From Phallusia mammillata (lineage: Eukaryota), in the NCBI GenBank assembly GCA_965637545.1, contig OZ281494.1:2790001-2854000 (forward strand): 64,000 nucleotides of DNA, written 5' to 3'. Below, in pieces: positions 52,853-64,000 of the stretch. Below the pieces are notes generated by a model. It saw nothing but the letters and a program-made list of their open reading frames with translations. It made no database searches and was not told the origin of the DNA. The position numbers and the translations under genes are program-made. Within the stretch, counting starts at the first letter, position 1. The number at the start of each line of letters is the position of its first letter.

Positions 52853-55259
52853 TTAAAATTCTCTGAAAGCAAATCCAGCAAACAGAGTCATTATCATCAA
52901 AAGAAGGTTGAGATTTACTTTGCCTGAACCACTGGTTGTGGTAACAATCTCTGTGGTACTATCTGAAAACAAACTTCAAAGTTGTTAATCTTGTAAACGT
53001 TTGACCAAAAAAAACTAGATTAAATGTTCTCGAAGAAACTTCACAACCCTAGAATAAGACATATCTTTTAAGGTTTACCTGGTTCTTCGGTCTGAGTTGG
53101 TTTATCTAGAAAACAATTGAAGTTTGAAATGTTACTGAGCAATCTTTTGACCCATGGAAAGAACTGCATAAATTGTTAAAATAAATAATTGTGACGCATT
53201 TTTAGAAAAGTAAGATATCGCGTAAATAGCGTCACAACGTACATGAAAATACAATGACATCACAACATGCTAAAAATATTGAGGAAACAGGTTTGCGTCC
53301 TTGATGAAAAACGTTAGAGTTGAAACCTGTTTCGTATTAGCTTTTCTACCAATTTAGGTATTTTTACGTGCCTTTCAATTTAAGTGTTGGAATGACAATG
53401 TACCTTACAAAATAGTTAAAAGTTAATGAAATATTTACCTGGTAAGCTGGTTGTGTTGAGTTCATCTAAAAAAACACCTAACGTTAAAACCGTTTACTCA
53501 AGCATTCAAACCTGTATAAAGTGGTCGCCTGGTTCTTTCAAATATGCGCTTACCGTTAAATATGGGAGCTGAACAGAAATTTGTTACAAGGAAATTGTGT
53601 TCTTATATTTGTTTTTAACCGGACAACGCAAGCGATTTAAAAAATGTTGTCTAACATTGACAACTTAAAGGCCAGTTTGAAACCCTGGCCAAAGTTGACA
53701 AACTGGTATCATTACTAAACCAAGTCCGTAAAAATAGCTGTTAGATGGTGCCACAGGAAAAAGTTTAAAAACAACACGTTTTTGCTCATAGTCAGAAAAA
53801 GAGTATAAACATTTTTGAATGATACAACTAACTTTTATAACGTTACCTAGTGTGTGAAATGTGTTGCATCCATCTAAAAAACAAAAAATTAAACTTCAAA
53901 GTTAGCGAAACGCTGACATTCAATAAAAATTTAACTGTGGACATGTGTATCCTTATCTTTTGTTAGCGTGAAACCTTTGGTACAACATGGGGTCGCAAGT
54001 TCTAACAGAGGCGTCTTTGCTTTTGGACTAATTATTTAAGGTTTGAAATTTTGGACATATTCCAGTAAGCTTTTAGCTGCGGTTTGTACAAATGTGATGT
54101 TGAAATGGGGTGTAACACCGCTGGAAAACGCAAACGATTCACGTAAAATCCCAACACAAATAGAAATAAAACATAAAAGCGGTACTGCCCTATGAATAGT
54201 TCGTTTCCCGCGTCGGTGGTTTGAGAACAAATACTGTTCACAAAAAATCACAAACAACAATCAATGAGAATTAAAGCACTCAATTATTTATGAGTAACAA
54301 GAATTTTGAAACGTAGTTCTGAAACATGTGTTCACCACAGTATTGAATTGTGGTTGTTTTTTCCTCACCTGTTTTGCAGACGTTTGAGCAAAGATTCACA
54401 TTTGTTATTTTGAAGCAACCACGAGCAAGTGCAACCCCACAAGATCTTGCAAAAACTGTAACTAAATCTACAAACAAAATGCACAGTTTTCTTTATTTGA
54501 TTAAAAAAGGCCAGATCTATATATATAGTTAACTTATTCTTTACTTTTTCTATTTATTTTGTGTGTGTTTACAATTACAAATTTGGAGACAATTTTGACA
54601 AAAGTCGGCTCGTTCCGATTAGAACACGATTCTTCGTTACTGTTGAAAAACGAAAGTGATTGACGACAGCTTCTGTTTATTGGAATAGAGTTACCTTGGC
54701 TTTAGGCATAATAAAAAATACGGGAATGATTACCTACCAGCTCATAAGCTGGTACAACACGCTTTAGTAGCAAATATAAACCTGGCGTTGGTTAGTTTTA
54801 CAATGTCGTTTTTTTACGAGGCTATAATAGCTATAAAAGGCTATAAACAGACGTACTTGGCACCTCGACACCTACGGTCGTACAATAGTCTACATCAGGA
54901 CAATCTGTAAGATGTGTTTCATCCCAATTTGTTCCCAGGCATGAGTAATCCATAGAATTACAACTGTAACATCTGATGCCTGAAGCTGCAAAAGTTTGAT
55001 TTTTACTTGGTCTTGTTTGTCAATTGTCGATGACACAAACAACAATTTTGTATAAATTGTATATGTCCGAAGATAGCGTTTTGGCAAATGTAGAAATTAT
55101 ACAACAAATAGCGACTTACAGATTGGCCGTTAAAGAACGACAAGTTTTTTAGTTACATTTTTCAGTTATTTTTAACAATATTTATGTAGTTTAAAAATTA
55201 TACTTACTGATTGTACCAAATGCCAACCAGAAAAATGCAGGCAAAATAAACTGATGCAT
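52853..55259 (-). CDS. Ly6/uPAR three-finger protein L1, intact, ~156 aa, with stalk and GPI-type tail; exons 55259-55208, 54985-54857, 54467-54369, 53873-53847, 53465-53439, 53105-53079, 52962-52853
   Basis: Signal MHQFILPAFFWLAFGTI, 10-Cys LU domain, three 27-nt micro-exons (DGCNTFHTL, DELNTTSLP, DKPTQTEEP) and tail ...TTTSGSGKVNLNLLLMIMTLFAGFAFREF*. All introns are phase 1, GT-AG. Confidence 0.88.
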
Positions 55260-56065
55260 GTTTCAAATTGAATCCTTTGTATAAAACTCCTAGGCTTGGT
55301 TGGTTAACAGCTGCAAAAAAAACACTTATACCTGCATCTTTTCAAAAGTGAAAACGGCGATTAAATTTTAGTGCAACTTAATTATATCTTGCCAATACAA
55401 CGGAGTTTAACCCTGTTTTCTGCCAAAAAATAGTCTTGCTTAGGTTGATTCGGACGATTACAATTTAGCTGAGATATTTGGGGATCGCATAATGGCATTC
55501 TTTCCTGTCCGTTTAAAAAGATTGTTTGATTGAAAAAGTAAAGAAGCGCCTCGCATGTTGCAAATGTACTGTTTTATGAACATAAGAACCTGAACGAAAT
55601 GATAAGTTGCTACGTCGATACCATATTTTTATTATGTCATTTTCTGTTTTACGTTTCAGTTGTAGCACAAACATTCTGTGCTTTTTTCCGAAATTTGGCA
55701 TCTACAGAATTTTGTTTCTGCATAAAGTAATAAACTGTTTTCGATAAAACTTCAGTATATTTAGCTAACTATAACTAACAACAACTAAACCCCGCGTTGT
55801 GTCTTCTTTGAACAAATTCAGACTTTACACTCGGATCAGATTAGGCAGTCAGTTTTTATGGTACAGACGAAAAGAAAGTAAAATTAACAACACCAATCTG
55901 AAATCGTGTCAAAGGTTTTTATGATGTCATATATGTTAAATGGTTTTAATGTCGGTCTTGAAGTGTTTAAATTTGTTTTCCAAATCCAAGTCATGTTGCG
56001 TTGCAAAGAAAATAGTGAGGGTTAACGCTAATATAAGTTTATACAGTGATGTAAAGGCTATAGCA

Positions 56066-56500
56066 CCGTGTTCTCCAAAGTATGGGTCTCCGAAAATTAT
56101 TTTGGGTCGCCTGTTTTGAGGTAACCGCACTACTTTATAACTTGCTTTGTTGTCTTGATTTTCTACGACTTTATCTGTTGCGTAATAATAACGTCATAAT
56201 GACTTGTTTTTGACTGGTAAACTTGCTTTATTTGTGACGTACCAAGTTGTTTGGCTGAAAGTGCATCCGAATTTTTTTTGAATTGTTTTCAGTCAATGGA
56301 ATGTTTAGTGAAAAGAACGAACCATTTCGGTCGAAACTCGCACAGTAATTTTCACAAGAACTAATTTTTTGAAACTCTATCCCCGTTTTACGAAATAAAG
56401 CAACTATAATTCTACTTATAAGGGAAAAGTATGGCGGGAAATCTCAAATATACATTTAAGAAGTATTTAAGTAGCGTCAAAAAAAGTTTGGGAAGCACTG
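56066..56500. mobile_element. Decayed hAT (Charlie-like) MITE
   Basis: Ends ccgtgttctccaaagt / agtttgggaagcactg (11/16 inverted match). Degenerate 8-bp TSD ctatagca / ctctcgca. Confidence 0.5.
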
Positions 56501-56872
56501 CTCTCGCACCAATCCTTGAAAGTCACTATAACGAAAACCATTAACCCAATCCTAATAATTGAGCATCATCGCATGACCAAGCCGCAGTTCTTGAACTATG
56601 CAATCCGTTCTCTAGCGCCTCTTGCGTTTTTTCAAATGGCTTTTCACTGAAGAGACTTTATTTATAACATGTTTTTCCTGGGTGTCCGGTTCCTGAAGAC
56701 AAGCTTAAAGCCCCGACAACTAAAACAAATTAAATTTTTCAGCACACAGGAAAGTATGAGGAGTTTTGATGTGACCTAGTGGGGCATGAGTATGAATGGT
56801 CGTGGGTACTTTCCTCGAGCTCCTCTTGTGGTCATTCGTACAGTCAAAAAAGCTACTTCATTATTAGACACA

Positions 56873-59800
56873 AAATACAGTTTACCTCCCATGTTTAATG
56901 TAAAAGTTTTGTTGGATCGCTCTACCACCTTAAACGGTCCGTCATATGACTTTGTCAGTGGTGGACGATGTGTATCTCTCCGAACGAGCACATAGTCACT
57001 AGCCGTCAGACTTGGTGGGATTGCTGCTTTTACATTGTCGTGTCTGGACATAGGAGTTGGGAGAAGTTTGTCGACTGCATCCCGTAGGGCAGGTAAAACT
57101 TGAGAGGGAGGTGATTCATCATGACAGATAAAATCTCCTCGCACTGCGATTGGAGAGCCATATACGAGCTCTGCTGAAGATGTCTGGAAATCATCCTTGG
57201 GGGCAGTTCGAATGCCCAACATGACCCAAGTTAATTCGTCAACCCAGTTTGGTCCGGAAAGGCGAGCCATTAAAGCACTTTTTAAATGCCGGTGAAATCG
57301 TTCAAATAATCCGTTTGCTTGAGGATGGAAGCTTGTGGTGAGATAAAATTGTATCCCAAGCAGATGGCTTATTGTCGACCACAACTGGGACGTGAACTGC
57401 GGACAACGAGCAGCAGATAGGTGTGCTGGAATTCCAAACCGTGAAATCCAGACCGAAAGGAAAGCTCTGGCACAAGTTAAAGTTAAGGAATCCGTCATGG
57501 GAACTGCTTCTGGCCACCTTGTAAACCTATCTACTATATTGTCAGCAGATATCTGTCCTCGAGCTTTAGGTTTGTAACTGCTGTACGATATGATTGCACT
57601 TCTTTATAAAGTTGCGCATTCGCTATAGCTTTGTAATCGAAATCCAACATCACCTTTTGTAGACTTGAGACAGTTATCCGGGACAATGCATCAGCGACTT
57701 GATTATGTTTCCCTTGGATGTGTCGAACATCAGTGGTGAATTCGGATATTGCTGTAAGGTGGCGTTGTTGGCGCGCTGACCATGGATCAGACACTTTTGC
57801 AAACGCAAACGTTAACGGTTTGTGGTCAGTAAAAGCAGTAAAACTGCGCCCTTCAAGGAAGTATCGAAAATGGCGGATTGCCAATTGCAACGACAGTAAC
57901 TCTCTGTCGAACGCGCTGTACTTTCTTTCTGGTGGTCTGAGATGCCTGCTGAAAAATGCCAATGGCCTCCAGCAACCTCCAATGTTTTGCTCAAGCACAG
58001 CACCAACAGCTGACTGTGACGCGTCGACCGTCAAGGCGGTTTGTGCCTGAGGTATAGGGTGGTGAAGTAGCGTTGCGGCAGCAAGTGCCTTTTTAGCGTT
58101 GGTAAATGCTGCCAGCATTGTGTTGTTCCAAACCAGGTGTTTTGGTTTGCCAGAAAGTGCTTCATACAATGGCATCATGATTTGCGCTACACCAGGAAGA
58201 AATCTGTGATAAAAATTTATCATGCCAGCAAATTCTTGTAAGCCTTTAATAGTGGTAGGTTTGAGAAAGCTTTGAATTGCCTTGACTTTGTCAGGTAAGG
58301 GTCTGGCACCAAATCTATCCACGCGATGACCGAGAAAATCGATTTTTGTCAGTCCAAACTTACATTTGGCCAGATTAATGACAAGTTCATGGTCAGCTAA
58401 TTGTTTAAAAAGCTGCTAAAGATGATTGTGATGTTTGTTAGCTGACTTACTTGCAACCAATATGTCATCAAGGTAAACAAACACGAATTTTAAAGACTGA
58501 CAAACTGTATCCATCATTCTTTGAAACGCTTGAGCTGCAATTTTAAGTCCAAAGGGCATACGCAGAAACTCAAAAGCGGCGTTACGACAGCCGTTTTGGA
58601 AATGTCTGCTGGCGCAACGGGTACCTGGTGATATCCTCGAACCAGATCGATTTTAGAAAAAATCTTAGCCTCTGCCAGTCGTGCTGTAAAATCCTGGATA
58701 TGTGGGATCGAGTAGCGGTCGGGTCGTGTTGCTTCTTTTTTCACGGGGTTCGAACCCAGGACACTCCCGGGGACGAATCCCGATCAAGGTTTTTTATGTC
58801 TGTATATGGGTCAAGAGCGCCAGACCATTGTTGCTGCATTAAGGCGTCTGTAATCGCCACAGGGGCGCCATCCACCTGATGTTTTGGGAACCATATGAAG
58901 TGGAGACGACCATGGACTGGATGAACGGCGGACTATTCCCAACTCCATCATTTTACTGAATTCTGCCTTTGCAATGGCTAGTTTTTCGGGTGGAAGTCGT
59001 CTTGCCCGAGAGTGCACTGGTAGGCCGCTTGTGGGAATGTGATGTTCCACACCATGTTTTGGCATTACTGCAGAAAAATGTGGCGTTGTTATGTCATAAC
59101 TTGATTGTGCGTTGCTAATTGCGTTTAGGCGAGGTGCTGCTTGGTTTGTCTTGCCTATGGTCATGCTAGTTAACGACTGAGCATGTACCAGACATTGCCG
59201 TTTAACATCAACAAGTAAACCGTGCGCTCGAAGAAAATCGTCTCCGAGTAATGGTCTCGATACGTCGGCGAGTATAAACTTCCATTGAAACTTGCCGGAA
59301 GGAATATCAAGAGAAATTAACTTGGAACCGTAGGTTGTTATGTTGCTGCCGTTAGCTGCTGTGAGATTTTGTCCCTTGTGGTTCATTCTCCTTTCATAGC
59401 CAGAAGGCGGAAAGACACTGATTTCAGCACCAGTGTCCACGAGAAAGTTGCAACCAGAGGCTCGATCCCACACGAAAAATAAATTGTGTGATTTGCCGGT
59501 TGTCCCATTCATTGTGGAAAACCGGCCTTGGCGTTTCTCTGTTGTGCAGCACATGGTGGACGACATTGTCGTGCATCCTGTTTGAAACGCCGGTGGTAAA
59601 AACAATATTGACTACTGTCGTTGCTGTTGAAAGGTGTTGTAGATTTAGCTTGCCTCTGCTTTCTTAATTTGGCAATGGTGTAGTCTGTGTTGCTCGTCCG
59701 AGCAAGCCTCAACTTATCCGCCTGTTTTGCCAAATCGCGAGGGTTTTCCAAATCTTTTTGAACGAGGACGAAACAAAACAAATGTTGGAATAGAAAGCAA

Positions 59801-60380
59801 GACTGGTGTTTTCCCATTAGGGCTAGCATTTCGTCCATAAGTTCGGACGGTTTTCTGTCACCGAGAGGTGCCATGTTCAGTAAGCGTGCTGCTCTTTCTT
59901 GATTTGATAAATCAAAGGAATCCAGCAGTCTTTGTTTAATTGATGCGAGCTTGTTTTCTGCTGGAGGATCTTCCAATAAATCGATTATACGCTTTGCTGT
60001 ATCTTGATCAAGTGCGGACACTACATAATAAAACTTTGTTTGGTCTGCAACTATGTTTTTTAATGCAAATTGTGCCTCAATTTGTTGGAACCAAACACGT
60101 GGTTCTGCTGACCAGAAAGTCGGAAGTTTGATCGCAACTGCATGCTGGGTTTCTCCGTCGGTTGACATGCTTGTTTAATGAACTCCAGAAAAGTCGTTTC
60201 TGGATTTGGGGTCACCAAATGTAGCGTCCGTTTATTTCAATCGCAAATAATAGAATGACGCGTCAAACCAAACGCATAGCAAACGTGCGCACCAAACGAA
60301 AAAGGCAAAACACACGCACAATAGGAAAAAGGCAAACGTCACGCTTCGTAAGAAATAAATAAGCGACAGGGGTCGCTACA
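56873..60380 (-). mobile_element. Ty3/Gypsy LTR retrotransposon (CsRn1/Kabuki-like), 3'-truncated and defective
   Basis: 161-bp LTR TGTAGCG...CGCTACA (60380-60220) and PBS TGGTGACCCC (tRNA-Trp type). Gag has AIKLPTFW and a CHCC motif (CFYHRRF..ARQCRPPC). Protease FLVDTGAEIS. RT is interrupted by a SINE, a frameshift and a stop. RNase H is present. The integrase core lacks its HHCC domain. No 3' LTR. Confidence 0.93.
58734..58828 (-). mobile_element. tRNA-Leu-derived SINE, slightly 5'-truncated, inside the Gypsy RT
   Basis: Same sequence as the 15217-15335 copy from ATGGTCTGG onward. 7-bp TSD tgttgct (58727-58733 and 58829-58835). Removal restores RRLNAATRPDRY. Confidence 0.9.
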
Positions 60381-60421
60381 AGATTAACTTATGCTAATAT
60401 AGGCCACAAAAACACGTTAAC

Positions 60422-60623
60422 CTGAATATATCCTGGTGTGAGAAAAGGTTGAGCATAGGGCCCAAAATGCTGAAGCACATCACCCACTAACCCTTCATCA
60501 AACACCACAGGCACACTGGGACCGTTGTCATCAGGCCAAGAGTAAACACCAGATTCGACAGGAAACACTTTGTAGAGTGAATACAAGTTGCCTTTGTCTC
60601 CGAACTTGTCAAAAAGTCTGTTC
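60422..60623 (-). pseudogene. ITLN: Intelectin exon 3 remnant
   Basis: NRLFDKFGDKGNLYSLYKVFPVESG...TPGYIQ|GTTAAC. The 5' side is cut by a deletion at ~60624. The Gypsy LTR is inserted ~40 nt into intron 3, and exon 4 is not found. Confidence 0.9.
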
Positions 60624-61640
60624 CCTTGTAACAATCCAATATTTTCGACAATATGTTTTCCCTATTTTAAGTGGCCCTCACAACAAGCAAATTCTCACGA
60701 TCTTGCCATCAGCAATATTTTATGTGTATGTATACAATGCACTCGCATTTGTCAAATTTCGTAATTCACAAGATTGGTGGTCCAATGATTAGAGTGAGCA
60801 ATGTGGTCAATCAAACATGGCACCTATTGTTCCAGTAAAAGAAACAGAAAGACATCTAAGCATTCATTACAGCAAAGGCGGTAATTAAATACGTACAGAA
60901 ACATCCTCCAATTTATTGAAAAGCGAACCAAACTAATGTGAGGTTTTTGAAAAGTTTTTGGTTCCATGACATTCATCTCAACGATTTAACAACATGGGAG
61001 TTGTTTCAATCTTCTGCTTATTGACGCTCCATTCTGGTTTGTATAAAAACAAGACATAACCGAAATATAAAGGTATTGGCATGGCCTGCTGTTATTTCTA
61101 GTTGAAACAAAGCAAGTCGTTTAAGGACGACTAAAAACATAGCTAACGTTTGGTTTAGGACACAGTACAGAGGTCGTATTACGATTCCAAACGGCAATGA
61201 GAAAAATCACTTGCTGTTCCAAATCCAAAACATTTAAAGGTGAATTGCGTATTGCGAACAAAACAAACAAACTGTGATTTTTACAATTTTAAGACGGTCT
61301 CTGTCCGACTGACAAAAAACAAACAAAAATGACGGCATTATAAAACTTGTACTCAACAACATAATATTATATAATTATAAAGTTGTTTGTTTTAATGGTG
61401 AAATTGTTGCAAGTAATGTAGCCATGTTTTCACAGGCGTAAAGTAATTTTTATGCTATTCATAAAATATACGTCCTCATGTATAGTGGTTTATTAATATC
61501 CAAACGCTAAATTTTATGTCTTTTGTCAACAGCGTAAATGCGAAACAATGCACTCTCCAGCAAACCTGATAAAATTAAAATCACACCACTCAATTTTGAC
61601 TAACAATTGAGTTTTATTCGGTTTATGTTGTCAGAATTAT

Positions 61641-63026
61641 TTAACGATAAAACAACATAAAGGTCGTTTCTATCATCAACTTATCGACGCTCCAACCTAT
61701 TCCTGTTCCAACTCCACTGAACGCCATCGCAGCGAAATCACCACAGTGTTTCACGTTGATGTTGTGTCCAGTTGATCCAATGCAAGCCTTTTCACAAGTT
61801 TCGAAATTGTTACTAATTTTCACTCCGGGACAAAGAGCGAATGCTCCTCCCTCATTCCCTCGCAAAGCTCTAAACTACAAACAAAATGAATAAAGATTAA
61901 AGTTTTACTCCGTTATTAGATTTTAAAAGATAACGAGTCAGCCAATAGATGTCAAGTAATATTTCAAAATCCATACCCATTATAGCGATGAAATTGATCA
62001 TGTATTTACCTGAATGTATCCTGGTGTAAGATAAGGTTGAGAATTGGGTCCAAAATGCTGAAGCACATCACCCACCGACCCTTCATCAAACACCACAGGT
62101 ACACTGGGACCGTTGTCGTCAGGCCGAGAGTAAACGCCAGATTCGACAGGAAACACTTTGTAGAGTGAATACAAGTTGCCTTTGTCTCCGAACTTGTCAA
62201 AAAGTCTGTTCTCAGTTCGATATCGAAGGTAGGAAGACTTTCTCCAATCCTTCAGTGGCGTCTCGTTAGGAACCTACATTGATTTTACATTTTTAAATCA
62301 AAATACCCTCAACAACATGACCTAGCAGTTTTTAAATTTGCACGTTATGTTGGCTATATAGTTTTCGAATTTTAAGTGCTTCATATCTAAGGTTTTTTTT
62401 AACAGCAAACGACGACAAAATGCTTTATGATCAAGTGACAAATCCCACCTGCCAAATCATCAAATCTCCGGCGTCGATATCGAAGTAACCTGGGTTTTTG
62501 TAATCGTCGCTGGTCGCCGACACCACGTTACCGAAGGTGTTCATATTCGCCCAAGTGTTTTCACCCTTGGGTAAAAGTGGCGAGTTTCCCTGCTGGCTGG
62601 ACCACCGGTCACCCTGGGTGCAGTATCCGTTCTCCTCGATGTTGTTTTCATGGATGCTGGCGATCAGTGTCCAACCTCCCTTGTTAGTGATCATGTCGCA
62701 GTATGCGAGGTAAGGAATTCCGCTTGAATCGTGCAAAGTGTAGACGCCACTCACCGGTCGCTCGGTGGCGTTGTTGAGCAGCTCCAGACATGACGAATGT
62801 GCATCTGTTGACAAAAAGGAACATGCATTTGCATATATTCTTATTTGTAATATTTTTTGTCTAAAAGTTTTTTGTACTTGTTAGATTTACACGAACTCTG
62901 TACCTGTTAGATTAACTTGATTATTTGCATCAAGCAAATGCGGTATTCAAACAATCATATACCTGTGAATGGAACTTTTCCACAGAGCACAGTCAATGTA
63001 AGCAGGATAAATGGTAGAATATTCAT
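61641..63026 (-). CDS. ITLN: Intelectin H, intact, ~305 aa, near-identical paralogue of E; exons 63026-62963, 62804-62449, 62273-62010, 61874-61641
   Basis: Open 918-nt spliced CDS with GT-AG introns. About 7 aa differences from E. Confidence 0.95.
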
Positions 63027-64000
63027 GTTCAATTGCGCGAACTAAACAATAATAATGTGTTTACAACTTTGTGAAAAAGGTCTAATTTGCTGATGTTGAA
63101 GGTAAAAGTTGCTGTTCTAATCTGTCTACGCGATGCTGTCACTAACACAAGAAACATATTTAGAAAGCAGGGACAAAACCATTCCTCTTGCAACCTGTAA
63201 GTAAGGTAATGTCACAAATATATTTTGAGCTATTCTGTCACAATAAATTTCTACTGAGCTGTATCACGCTCTCTTGTTTAAACCACTTACTTATAACTTT
63301 CATGTAATACAGATGTTATCTTTCCCAACATTGAACTTTTCTTCTCACTTGAATGTACTAGTTAGAAGAAAGTTCTCGCTCTGACGCAACTATTGCTAAC
63401 ACTTGCACCTAATAATAGCGAAGGCATTCGAGGAGTGTAGAAGCAACGATGTGTACACGGTCGCTCTCTATTTATTCAACACTTTATAGAAGTCTATACA
63501 CCTGTTGTTTTTTTAGTATACGAAGTTGCTTTAATGGTTTGCAACGTCATACGAGATTAACATTTGGTTTGATGTAGGTCCTACCTTTTCGACACATTTA
63601 TGTGCCGGAAGTTGGAAAGAAATGGATGAATTTGGGACAAAAGAATTATTTTAAATGTTGGCAGTGCAAACAATAAACTATTAAAATATTTTCTTTGTAC
63701 TTGGTTGGAGTTTTTTGATGAAAATGTTTTTTGGCCTCTTTGTGACCACTCCAACATGTTTTTCAGTATAATAATCACATGTTGAAGGACTGAAACTTTG
63801 AAACAATTCCCAACAGTTGTTTTTTGCATTTCCTAATTTAACTACAACTCTCCTGGTTGTCTGCAACTAACGCTGATTTACTTGCACAAAAATGTCGTAA
63901 AAATAAGCCATGGTAGCTTATAATATTACAAATAGATTTGTTACTCTAATGTTAAGCGCATAGTTTACAAAATTGAGATGCGAAATCCAATCTCCAAAAC

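Overview
Eukaryotic, AT-rich DNA with short introns. There are no prokaryotic genes, rRNA, true tRNA genes or CRISPR arrays. Gene content and compactness suggest an invertebrate chordate, probably a tunicate (inference). The window holds two interleaved, fast-turnover multigene families. (1) Ten intelectin (fibrinogen-related X-type lectin) copies with a 4-exon layout: three clearly intact (10354-12051 +, 20249-21639 -, 61641-63026 -), one with intact exons 2-4 but an unresolved exon 1 (16262-17480 -), and six pseudogenes or fragments. They are arranged as inverted head-to-head pairs plus a recent segmental duplication. (2) Nested between the intelectin blocks (29.5-55.3 kb) is a tandem array of seven minus-strand Ly6/uPAR (three-finger, 10-Cys) genes plus one inverted orphan exon. 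These genes have a signal-peptide exon, two LU-domain exons, a variable number of tiny phase-1 stalk micro-exons and a GPI-signal-like terminal exon. Transposons are abundant and often hit these genes: a PIF/Harbinger element, nested hAT-type elements, MITEs, two truncated Gypsy elements (Mag-like and CsRn1-like), two solo LTRs and three copies of a tRNA-Leu-derived SINE. Main highlights: intelectin scaffold exons are near-identical, even in pseudogenes, while ligand-binding exon 4 is hypervariable. Ly6 stalk micro-exons appear to be born from the first 27 nt of the terminal exon. One Ly6 paralogue has a read-through C-terminus that looks transmembrane, with a YxxF tail. Exon boundaries and alignments were read by eye, and no database searches were run. 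Most short ORFs in the supplied track are spurious or are exon fragments.
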